Of a DNA stretch of 64,000 nt, positions 1 to 8,317 are shown in pieces. Numbering within the stretch: position 1 is the stretch's first letter; each line of letters opens with the position of its first letter. The translations under genes and the position numbers were made by a program. The notes beneath the pieces are model-generated. The model was not told the origin of the DNA and searched no databases. It worked only from the letters and a program-made list of their open reading frames with translations. Source of the DNA: a bacterium (GTDB lineage Bacteria; Patescibacteriota; Microgenomatia; Daviesbacterales; UBA10151); assembly GCA_021790255.1 (NCBI GenBank), contig JAJYIE010000001.1, positions 4,165 to 68,164 on the forward strand. The letters are read 5' to 3'.

Positions 1-662
1 GTTTGTACAATTTCTTTATGGACCTCCTGTGGAGTTTTAACCTGGTCTTTTTTTAAACAATTAATCATTACCCAGTTCAAATCCTGCCTGGCCATATCCA
101 GATAAACATCAGCCGCTTCCTGTTGGTATTTAATATTATTTTCATGGATATCAGCACCTTTCTCTTTTAAATATTCCCTTTTTTCTTTTTTAGCTACCAG
201 CTTTATGCTTTGCTTCGGAGGCATAAACAAAAAAATAACCAGCTCTTCCCTGGGAATGCCGTTAATGTTATATTCCAAATCGTCCAGCCAGTCAATAAAA
301 TTCTGGCGCATCTCTTTGGGCAGCTTGGCGGACATATAAGCCTTATTGGAAGGAACGTAACGGTCAGCAATAACTAAATTACCCTCATGCAACCACTGCT
401 GGATTTGCGGTTTTGCCAAAAACCTGTCCCCGGCATAAGCCAGTGAAACAAGATAAGTTCCCACATCCGCTCCCAAATCCCCAAAATCGCCGTTTAAGTA
501 TTTACCGACCAGCTTACCGTAAGGATTTCCGCTGTAACGGGGAAATCCAATCACCTGATGCGGGAAGTCCATCATTTGAAGTTTGCGGCGCAGCATTTTT
601 GCCTGGGTCGCTTTACCGGACCCGTCAGTTCCTTCAATAACAACAAAATGCCCTTTTTTCAT
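1..662 (-). CDS. tmk: Thymidylate kinase, 3' end runs off the left edge (absent from ORF track)
   Basis: Manual translation from ATG 662: MKKGHFVVIEGTDGSGKATQ...FPRY...; P-loop and FPRY motif typical of dTMP kinase; ATGA overlap with dut stop. Confidence 0.92.
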   Translation of the reverse strand, partial: MKKGHFVVIEGTDGSGKATQAKMLRRKLQMMDFPHQVIGFPRYSGNPYGKLVGKYLNGDFGDLGADVGTYLVSLAYAGDRFLAKPQIQQWLHEGNLVIADRYVPSNKAYMSAKLPKEMRQNFIDWLDDLEYNINGIPREELVIFLFMPPKQSIKLVAKKEKREYLKEKGADIHENNIKYQQEAADVYLDMARQDLNWVMINCLKKDQVKTPQEVHKEIVQ

Positions 663-1093
663 TTATGTCCGGTGGTTCCGAATCCTCCCCGGCTGGGTTT
701 TCGCATATTTTCCACTTCTTCCCACTCCGCAATTTCTACCGGTACAAAAATCCCCTGGGCAATCCTCTCTCCCCGCTCAACTACCACCTCTTGGGCTGTA
801 AAGTTATACACTGCTACTTGATATTCATCCTCCGGTCCGCAGAAATCCTGATCGCCAATACCTATTCCATGCGGCGGCAGTAATCCTTTTCTAAAAGGTG
901 TCGAGCCTCTTGATCCTACCACGAACATATACCCCGGCGGTGTTTCAATAATTACATTAGCAGGAATTTTAGCCAAGCTCCTCGGTGCCACTTTTGTTGT
1001 TATCCTGGCGTACAAATCACAGCCTACTGCGCCGGCAGTTTTATATTCCGGCAGGGGCAGGGTTTTGTCCAGTCGATAAATTTTGATCTTCAT
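659..1093 (-). CDS. dut: dUTP diphosphatase
   Basis: Motifs AVGCDL, GERIAQ and C-terminal RGGFGTTG. Confidence 0.93.
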   Translation of the reverse strand: MKIKIYRLDKTLPLPEYKTAGAVGCDLYARITTKVAPRSLAKIPANVIIETPPGYMFVVGSRGSTPFRKGLLPPHGIGIGDQDFCGPEDEYQVAVYNFTAQEVVVERGERIAQGIFVPVEIAEWEEVENMRKPSRGGFGTTGHK

Positions 1094-1671
1094 TGAACTT
1101 TTAACTTTTTGAGCAGCTCATCCAGTTTCTTCTCAAACTCTTCCAAAGTACCATTGTTTTCAATCTTAAAATCAGCCATTTCAATCGTAGCGGGGATATT
1201 CCTTCCGTCACCATACTGTTCCCTACCCATCATCTCCTTAAACTCTTTCCAAATTACAGGGTCTTTTCTGCCGGTAGTCTTTGCCCTCTCAACCATTCTG
1301 GCAAACCTTATTTTTTCATCAGTGTCAATGAAAATAAGCCGGAAGTTAGGAATGTGTTTCCGGAAAAACTCTACTTCTTCCGTTCCTCTCAAAGAACCAA
1401 CCGTGGCTTTTCCCGGATGCTTATCCAATACATTCTGCCAGGTCCTTTCAGCTAAAACCATGGGGCCGAATTTTTCCCTCATCTCTCCCGCCACTTTCTG
1501 CAGGCTATCCCTGGTTATCTCTTTACCTTGACGTACTATCTCCTCCCTAATCCGATCTGATAAGGAAGAGCTGTAAAAACCATGTTTCTCCTGCAGATAG
1601 GCCAAAGCCGTGTCCTTGCCGGCGCAAAGCTGGCTTACAAACCCCAAAATAATTTTGGGTTGATCAGCCAT
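1090..1671 (-). CDS. P-loop nucleotide kinase (dephospho-CoA kinase / dNMP kinase-like)
   Basis: N-terminal QLCAGKDT P-loop, SLSDRIR, C-terminal ADFKIENNGT; inside nucleotide operon. Confidence 0.75.
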   Translation of the reverse strand: MADQPKIILGFVSQLCAGKDTALAYLQEKHGFYSSSLSDRIREEIVRQGKEITRDSLQKVAGEMREKFGPMVLAERTWQNVLDKHPGKATVGSLRGTEEVEFFRKHIPNFRLIFIDTDEKIRFARMVERAKTTGRKDPVIWKEFKEMMGREQYGDGRNIPATIEMADFKIENNGTLEEFEKKLDELLKKLKVQ

Positions 1672-2182
1672 TTTTCTCCTCCAGTTGAACTAGCTCAACT
1701 TTGGCTTTTTTTAACAATCTATGTGTTTCTGGATTTGGCCTATAATCATAGCGGTATACCATCCGGACCACCCCGGCGTTAATTAAAACCTTAGCGCAGT
1801 TATAACAAGGCAGATTATTGACATAAACCGTGGTATCTTTGGTGGAAGTCCCGTTAAAAGCTGCCTGGACAACCGCATTAATTTCAGCATGAACCGTCCG
1901 GACACAATGACCATCTTCCATTAAACATCCTGCTTCAAAGCAATCGGGCGTTCCTTTGGGTGAGCCGCAATAGCCGGTAGAGATGATTTTTCGATCACGT
2001 ACTAAAACCGCCCCCACTTTAAGTCTCTGGCAGGTGGCACGGGTAGACACCAGATCCGACAGTTGTAAAAAGTATTCATCCCACGACGGCCGGATATTTT
2101 GGCGCGGGATGACGCAGTGGACGCTGCAATATCTGCCGTCATGGCAATTAGGACATACGGTGGTAAGTTGAGCCTTGACCAT
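1664..2182 (-). CDS. dCMP deaminase (ComEB-like)
   Basis: RPSWDEYF, HAEINA and PCYNC zinc motifs. Confidence 0.9.
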   Translation of the reverse strand: MVKAQLTTVCPNCHDGRYCSVHCVIPRQNIRPSWDEYFLQLSDLVSTRATCQRLKVGAVLVRDRKIISTGYCGSPKGTPDCFEAGCLMEDGHCVRTVHAEINAVVQAAFNGTSTKDTTVYVNNLPCYNCAKVLINAGVVRMVYRYDYRPNPETHRLLKKAKVELVQLEEKNG

Positions 2183-2233
2183 AATTATTGATCTAATTTA
2201 GCATTAACCAGAAATATTTCAATAGATAAACTT

Positions 2234-3853
2234 TTACTTTTTAGTGACTCTACTTGCCGCCTTTACAAACCCCATGAAAAGCGGATGGGGCTGAAGCGGC
2301 CGGGATTTTAACTCGGGATGAAACTGCGTGCCGATGAAAAACGGGTGGTCTTTTAACTCAATCATCTCCACCAGTTTTTTATCCGGGCTGGTTCCGGCAA
2401 CCAGAAAGCCTTTTTTCGCAAAGTTTTTCAGGTAGCGGTTGTTAAATTCATAGCGGTGGCGGTGGCGCTCAGAAGTGTGTGGCCGGTTGTACAATTTTCT
2501 GGCCAGCGTCCCGGCTTTAATTAAACAATCCCACGCCCCAAGCCGCATTGTCCCACCGTAATCTTTTTTTAAAAGTTTTTTCTCCTGATCCGGCATAATA
2601 TGGATTACCGGGAATTTGGTTTTCGGATCCACCTCCGTTGTATGAGCTCCGCTTAAACCCAAGACACTTCGGGCAAACTCCACAGTAGCCAGTTGCATGC
2701 CGTAGCAAAGACCCAGATAAGGGATTCTATTTTCCCGACAAAACTTAATGGCGGCAATTTTTCCTTCCACATCCCGCGACCCAAACCCACCGGGGACGAT
2801 AATGCCCTGATATTCTTTAAGTTCTTCGACATGCTGTCCGTCATTGTAGCGGCCGGAGTCAATCCAGTTTATTTCCGGTTTTAATCCTTGTGTAAAGGCA
2901 GCATGTTTTAGGGCTTCAATCACGGAAATGTAGGAATCAGATAATACTCCTGCTCCAGAAGAGAAATACTTACCGACAATACCGATTTTCACCCCTCTCT
3001 CAGCCATTTCTGCTTTTGCCACAAAATCCCGCCACTTTTTCAGGTCTTTTTGTTTGCGCTTCAGGTGAAGCTTCTCCAGAATACGGTCAGTTAAATGGGC
3101 GTCTTCAAAATTTAAGGGCACCTTATAAACATTGGTTACATCCGGTGCCGGGATAATATCCTCGGCTTCGATCCCGGTGTTAAAAGACAGCCTTTTTATG
3201 CGTGGCGCATCAATGGCCACCGTGGAACGGGCGAGAAGAATATCCGGCTGAATTCCCACTGAATTTAAATCCCGGACAGACATTTGGGCCGGCTTGCTTT
3301 TCATTTCCCCTAAAAACTGCGGCACCGGCAAGTAAGTAACATGGACATGAATTACGTCCTCGTGTTTTTTTAATTTCATCAGCCGGTTGGCTTCCAGGAA
3401 CAGCATATTTTGATACTCCCCGGCAGTCCCGCCGATTTCCACCAGCACGATATCTGCATTGCGGTCACGGCCGGCTGCCTGAATGCGGGAGATGATTTCC
3501 TGCGTTACATTGTGGATGTCCACATAATCGCCGTCATATTCTAAATTCCGCTCCTTTTGGATAACCGAGAGGTAGATACTGCCTTGAGTGGCAATATTTG
3601 TGGAGTTTAAACTTTCTGCTAAGAATCTTTCATAGTGGCCTAAATCCTGGTCAGTTTCCCGGCCGTCATCCAAAACAAAGGTTTCCCCGTGCGCCAGCGG
3701 GTTCATCGTTCCAGCATCCACATTTAAATAAGGATCCATTTTAAGCGGAGCAACTTTAAAGCCGGCAGCTTTAAGAAGCAGGGCAATTGAAGCGGTGGCG
3801 ATACCCTTGCCAATCCCAGATATTACTCCACCGGAAACAAAAATGTACTTCAT
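2234..3853 (-). CDS. pyrG: CTP synthase
   Basis: KYIFVSGGVISGIGKG, DPYLNVDAGTM, GLCYGMQ, RHRHRYE, QFHPE. Confidence 0.98.
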   Translation of the reverse strand: MKYIFVSGGVISGIGKGIATASIALLLKAAGFKVAPLKMDPYLNVDAGTMNPLAHGETFVLDDGRETDQDLGHYERFLAESLNSTNIATQGSIYLSVIQKERNLEYDGDYVDIHNVTQEIISRIQAAGRDRNADIVLVEIGGTAGEYQNMLFLEANRLMKLKKHEDVIHVHVTYLPVPQFLGEMKSKPAQMSVRDLNSVGIQPDILLARSTVAIDAPRIKRLSFNTGIEAEDIIPAPDVTNVYKVPLNFEDAHLTDRILEKLHLKRKQKDLKKWRDFVAKAEMAERGVKIGIVGKYFSSGAGVLSDSYISVIEALKHAAFTQGLKPEINWIDSGRYNDGQHVEELKEYQGIIVPGGFGSRDVEGKIAAIKFCRENRIPYLGLCYGMQLATVEFARSVLGLSGAHTTEVDPKTKFPVIHIMPDQEKKLLKKDYGGTMRLGAWDCLIKAGTLARKLYNRPHTSERHRHRYEFNNRYLKNFAKKGFLVAGTSPDKKLVEMIELKDHPFFIGTQFHPELKSRPLQPHPLFMGFVKAASRVTKK

Positions 3854-3986
3854 ATTTTCCTCTAAGGGGAAACCAACTTCGCACCGGACTCATATAACTG
3901 GGCAGTGGTAAGTCAAAATAGTCCGAAGATTTAAGGCCCTTACTATAGTTACAAATTTTGCCGGAAATTGTCAATGGTTTACTGGG

Positions 3987-4508
3987 CTATTTCACTTGCA
4001 GTTTGGGGTCAGCAGAAATTATAGAATCCCCTCCGGAAACTGAAGCTGTAAAAAAATAAACCGGAGCGCCACTTAATCCTCCAATCATTCCCCCGTTATC
4101 CTCAGCGACCCATTGCCCTATGGCTACTCCACCTTTAAAAACCGCCGGGTCTGGATTGATCTTAACTGCTCTGGTCCCGAAAATCCCCTGATCCTGCTGA
4201 ACATTAAACACCACTGTTTCACCGTCACAATCCCCGGCTCCTTTTACCTGCAGTGTCGCTGGCTCCCCCAGACCGATTGAATCGGTACCTCCCGGCACTA
4301 CCCAGCTTGCCCCGGTTAACTCACAGGCAGTAAATGAAACTGCCTGCGGACGCGGTGCAAAAACCTTCTCGCTGCTGGCAGAAGAGTTCAGGGTTTGTCT
4401 TTGCCCAAGTAGAGCAGTCGTAGCAAAAATTGACAACAAAACAACTCCCGTCAAAAGATAGATCAAAAGATTGCTGCCGGTTTTAAACTTTCGCTTTTTT
4501 TTAGACAT
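3987..4508 (-). CDS. Hypothetical exported or membrane-anchored protein
   Basis: Basic N-terminus, one hydrophobic helix, then beta-rich domain with two Cys. Confidence 0.7.
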   Translation of the reverse strand: MSKKKRKFKTGSNLLIYLLTGVVLLSIFATTALLGQRQTLNSSASSEKVFAPRPQAVSFTACELTGASWVVPGGTDSIGLGEPATLQVKGAGDCDGETVVFNVQQDQGIFGTRAVKINPDPAVFKGGVAIGQWVAEDNGGMIGGLSGAPVYFFTASVSGGDSIISADPKLQVK

Positions 4509-4585
4509 CACTAACTTTTCCCCTGTATTTAGTGGAGCATAAAAAGCAGTTCTTTGTCAATCTGAGAGAGTAGACAATATGTAGT

Positions 4586-6649
4586 TCATCTTTTATCACT
4601 ATTTACTGTCGTCTGTTCACTGTTCACTTTCTTGGGCTTCGTCCAGGACGCATACTTGCACTTGGGCCAATTTTTGCAGCCATAAAAGGGCCGGCCTTTT
4701 TTAGTCCGCCGCACGACAATTTCTCCGCCGCAATCAGGACAGCGCGCATTAACTTTTTCTTCAATGCTTTCCGTATATTTGCACTCCGGAAAACCGGTAC
4801 AAGCCAAAAACTTGCCGAATTTACCATATTTTACCTGCAAATTTTTGCCGCATTTGGGGCAAACTTTATCCGTTACCTCGCTTGCTATCTGCATCTTCTC
4901 CGCGTTTTCTGAAACCTCATTCAGCTTTTTCTCAAAAGGAGTGTAAAATTCCTCGATTGTCGGCTGCCACCTTCTTTCCCCGCGGGCAATCTCATCCAGC
5001 TCATCCTCCATCCGGGCCGTAAAATCATAATCAACAATATCCGGGAAATACTGAAGTAGAAAATCGGTAACTGCTATCCCCAAAGGGGTGGGGATAAACT
5101 TCTTTTCCATTTTTTCCACATAATAACGATCCTGGATTGTGGAAATGATCGGGGCGTATGTAGAGGGCCGCCCAATTCCCAGCTCTTCTAATTTTTTGAT
5201 CAGCGAAGCTTCGTTGTAGCGCGGAGGTGGCTCAGTAAAATGCTGAACCGGCATAAGCTGCAATAAACTCAGCCTATCGTCAGTATTAAGCACCGGCAAA
5301 TGCTGTCCTTTTTCATCTTTCTCTTCTTCATCAGCCCCTTTACCATAAGCTTTCAGCCAACCATCAAACTTAATTACGCTTCCGCTAGCACGAAGTAAAA
5401 ACTTACTTCCATTATTTTCCGCCTTTACATCAACTGTGGTTTGGTTCAAAACCGCCTCGCTCATCTGGCAGGCCAATGCCCGTTTCCAGATTAGTTCATA
5501 TAAACGCACATGGTCACGGGTCATCCCATCCATCATCTTCAACTGCTCACTCCCAAGACGAATATCAGTCGGCCTAACCGCCTCATGCGCCTCCTGAGCC
5601 ACCTTGGACTTGGTTTTATAAAAACGGGGGCTACCTGGCAGATAAGCCTTGCCCACCTGCTGCTCAATATAATTCCTGATTGCCCCAACTGCCTGAGTTG
5701 ATAAATTAACTGAATCCGTCCTCATATAAGTAATCAATCCCCGCTCATATAAAGTCTGGGCCACCATCATTGTTTTTTTGGCTGAAAAACCCAGGCGGGA
5801 AGAAGCAGTCTGCTGTATGGTTGAGGTGGTAAATGGCGGAGCAGGATATTTGCGGACTTCTCTAGTGTTTACCGATGACACCTTGTAAGTAGCAGCCTGC
5901 AGCTGCTTTGTGATCTCACCCGCCACCTCACCATTTGGGATTTCTACTTTTTTGCCGTCTTGTTCAATTAAAGTGGCAACGAAATTAGCATTTTTTCTCT
6001 CTGCCGCTTCCAGGTTCGCCTCAACACTCCAAAACTCGATAGGATTGAATGCCTGAACTTCCCGCTCCCGCTCAACAATTAACCGCAGTGCTACTGACTG
6101 CACCCGCCCGGCTGAGAGTCCCGATTTTACTTTTTTCCAAAGAAGAGGGGAAAGTTTATAACCTACAACCCGGTCGAGTACCCGCCGGCCCTGCTGGGCA
6201 TCAACCAACTGGAGATCAATGTCACGGGGGTGCTCAAAAGCCTCCTTAATTGCCCCCTCGGTAATTTCATGAAACTCCACCCGACGAATTGTGGGCAACT
6301 GGCTCTTAGCGCGCGGCTCGCGGGTCTTTTTCTTATCAGCCCCCAACCCCCCACCCGCTACTAGCTCCTGCAAATGCCAGGCAATCGCTTCCCCTTCCCG
6401 GTCAGGATCTGTGGCAAGCCATAAATTTTTGGCGGATGCGGCCGCTTTTTTTAACTCATTAACTTTTTTTAACTTATCCCGCGGGATAATATAGCGGGGA
6501 GTAAAGTGGTGCTCAATATCCACACCCAGCTCTGATTTGGGCAGATCGCGGATATGTCCCATTGAGGCCTCAACCTGATATTTGCCTCCCAAAAATTTTC
6601 CCAGTGTCCGGGCTTTGGTCGGTGATTCAACAATAACAAGATTTTGCAT
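4586..6649 (-). CDS. topA: DNA topoisomerase I
   Basis: LVIVESPTKA, ATDPDREGEAI, SAGRVQS, ITYMRTD, C-terminal C4 zinc ribbons. Confidence 0.98.
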   Translation of the reverse strand: MQNLVIVESPTKARTLGKFLGGKYQVEASMGHIRDLPKSELGVDIEHHFTPRYIIPRDKLKKVNELKKAAASAKNLWLATDPDREGEAIAWHLQELVAGGGLGADKKKTREPRAKSQLPTIRRVEFHEITEGAIKEAFEHPRDIDLQLVDAQQGRRVLDRVVGYKLSPLLWKKVKSGLSAGRVQSVALRLIVEREREVQAFNPIEFWSVEANLEAAERKNANFVATLIEQDGKKVEIPNGEVAGEITKQLQAATYKVSSVNTREVRKYPAPPFTTSTIQQTASSRLGFSAKKTMMVAQTLYERGLITYMRTDSVNLSTQAVGAIRNYIEQQVGKAYLPGSPRFYKTKSKVAQEAHEAVRPTDIRLGSEQLKMMDGMTRDHVRLYELIWKRALACQMSEAVLNQTTVDVKAENNGSKFLLRASGSVIKFDGWLKAYGKGADEEEKDEKGQHLPVLNTDDRLSLLQLMPVQHFTEPPPRYNEASLIKKLEELGIGRPSTYAPIISTIQDRYYVEKMEKKFIPTPLGIAVTDFLLQYFPDIVDYDFTARMEDELDEIARGERRWQPTIEEFYTPFEKKLNEVSENAEKMQIASEVTDKVCPKCGKNLQVKYGKFGKFLACTGFPECKYTESIEEKVNARCPDCGGEIVVRRTKKGRPFYGCKNWPKCKYASWTKPKKVNSEQTTVNSDKR

Positions 6650-6754
6650 ATTCCTTTAAAAGTATGTGTAGTTTACCAGTATTGTCAAGACCTCCGCTGC
6701 AAACTTATGTAGGCTTGACAAAGCACAGCTTGTTAACATAAAGTAGCAGAAGGC

Positions 6755-7471
6755 ATGGGAATCGAGGCCCAAAACCCCTCCGCTGCTGGTCAACATCTTT
6801 CTTCCGTCCCAGAAGAGACTTTTGCTTTTCCTCCCGATTTAGACCCTTCGCTGTACGTTGTTGAGAGTCTGCCGGCAAATCCGACAGCTCCCGAGCCTGT
6901 TAACTTCTCAAGCTCGGAATTAAAGATTCTTTCAAAGCTTGAGTGGAACCTGGCGGATTTTATCTCATTGCCGCGCCAGGAAATTGCCACTCATGTTATG
7001 CCCGGAAGCCCACTACCCAAAACAGCCCGTCCCAAAAGAGTTGTCCGCATCTCGGCCATGGCCCTAGCACAAGAAGCAGCTGAAAGAACCCAAGCAAAAG
7101 CAAAAAGGGTTTGTCTTCTTGCTCCACCAGCTCCGGTTCTTCAACTTCCGCCACCTACACCACAAGATACTTATTATCCCGCTGATGAGAACCGGGCAAT
7201 TCCTGAAGAAGATCGTTTGTTTAATTTCTTGTCGCCTGAAAGTAAAACTTTTGACAGGTTAACCCGGATCATCCTGCAAGCCGATATCCTCAATATGCCC
7301 AGCCGGGAAACGTATCCGGCAGCAGTTTTTGTCTCCCGGCAAATGCCGCGCTATGAAGATGCAGCACTAAGCAAAGCATTGCGACTAGGTTACTGGAAAA
7401 ACTGGTTGGTTCTGGAAAATCTTTACCGCGGAAGTTCCCAAGGTATAAGCAACTACTTAATGTCTCTTTAA
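6755..7471 (+). CDS. Hypothetical protein, Pro-rich
   Basis: 238-aa ORF preceded by TTGACA(6715)-N18-TAAAGT; no family recognised. Confidence 0.65.
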   Translation: MGIEAQNPSAAGQHLSSVPEETFAFPPDLDPSLYVVESLPANPTAPEPVNFSSSELKILSKLEWNLADFISLPRQEIATHVMPGSPLPKTARPKRVVRISAMALAQEAAERTQAKAKRVCLLAPPAPVLQLPPPTPQDTYYPADENRAIPEEDRLFNFLSPESKTFDRLTRIILQADILNMPSRETYPAAVFVSRQMPRYEDAALSKALRLGYWKNWLVLENLYRGSSQGISNYLMSL

Positions 7472-7474
7472 TGA

Positions 7475-8251
7475 TTACTTTCCAGGGTTACCACATTCAC
7501 CTGGTTTGACTCCATCACTCTGCAAAGCGAAGTATTCACTGCCGTTGATTTTTAAATGTTCCGCAATAACTGTTTCATTGGTTTGATATCGATAACCATC
7601 GGGCGTTGGTCCCGTTGCCCCACACTGCGGGTACCTTTCATAGGTAGCATAAGTCGGACTAACATTAGCCACCTTGTAAAGAGTAGTAAAAGTTTTCGAT
7701 AATATCTTAGTCACCAAATCCGGCTCCCGAAACATGTCTTCGTTATACTTTCCTTCCCAAAGGGTCAACTGGTAAGTCGTACCTTCCTTCGGCACAAACA
7801 CCCGGTTAGCTCCGCGGATATTATTTATCGCTCCGTCAATCGTCGCGCCACTGTAGCGGTTAGTGTTGCTTTCAAAACTAAATAAATAGCGGTCGGCAGT
7901 GTTGTCATGGCCAACCTGATGAAACTCTGACCAAACGCCCGGATAGATTTTTCCATAGGTAGCAACGCCTCTAAAGGAAATTGCCAAATGCGGCATCAGG
8001 GTGTATCGGCCCATATACTCATGTGGGCCATGAATTCCGGAGAAAACCTCAACTTTGGTAGCAGGCTGCTCCGGACTATTCCCGGCTTCAACTTTATTGG
8101 CAATTGGCAAGGAAGCCGCCACCAGCGAGGCAGCAACAGCCGCGGCGCATGCTCCACAGGCCCACCTACCTCGGCCCTTTGCCCGGGGAACTCTCAAATT
8201 ATCCGTTTGATTCTTTTCCCCAGTGACAGTCAATTCAACTTTTCGATCCAT
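7475..8251 (-). CDS. Hypothetical secreted protein (start uncertain; ORF track gives 8290)
   Basis: Ala-rich hydrophobic signal-like segment ending VEA, followed by a soluble domain. Confidence 0.65.
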   Translation of the reverse strand: MDRKVELTVTGEKNQTDNLRVPRAKGRGRWACGACAAAVAASLVAASLPIANKVEAGNSPEQPATKVEVFSGIHGPHEYMGRYTLMPHLAISFRGVATYGKIYPGVWSEFHQVGHDNTADRYLFSFESNTNRYSGATIDGAINNIRGANRVFVPKEGTTYQLTLWEGKYNEDMFREPDLVTKILSKTFTTLYKVANVSPTYATYERYPQCGATGPTPDGYRYQTNETVIAEHLKINGSEYFALQSDGVKPGECGNPGK

Positions 8252-8317
8252 GGCAGCGGCAACTATATCTAATTTGCCGTTAACTGTCAATATTCACAGG
8301 CCTTGGGTGCTGTTCCA

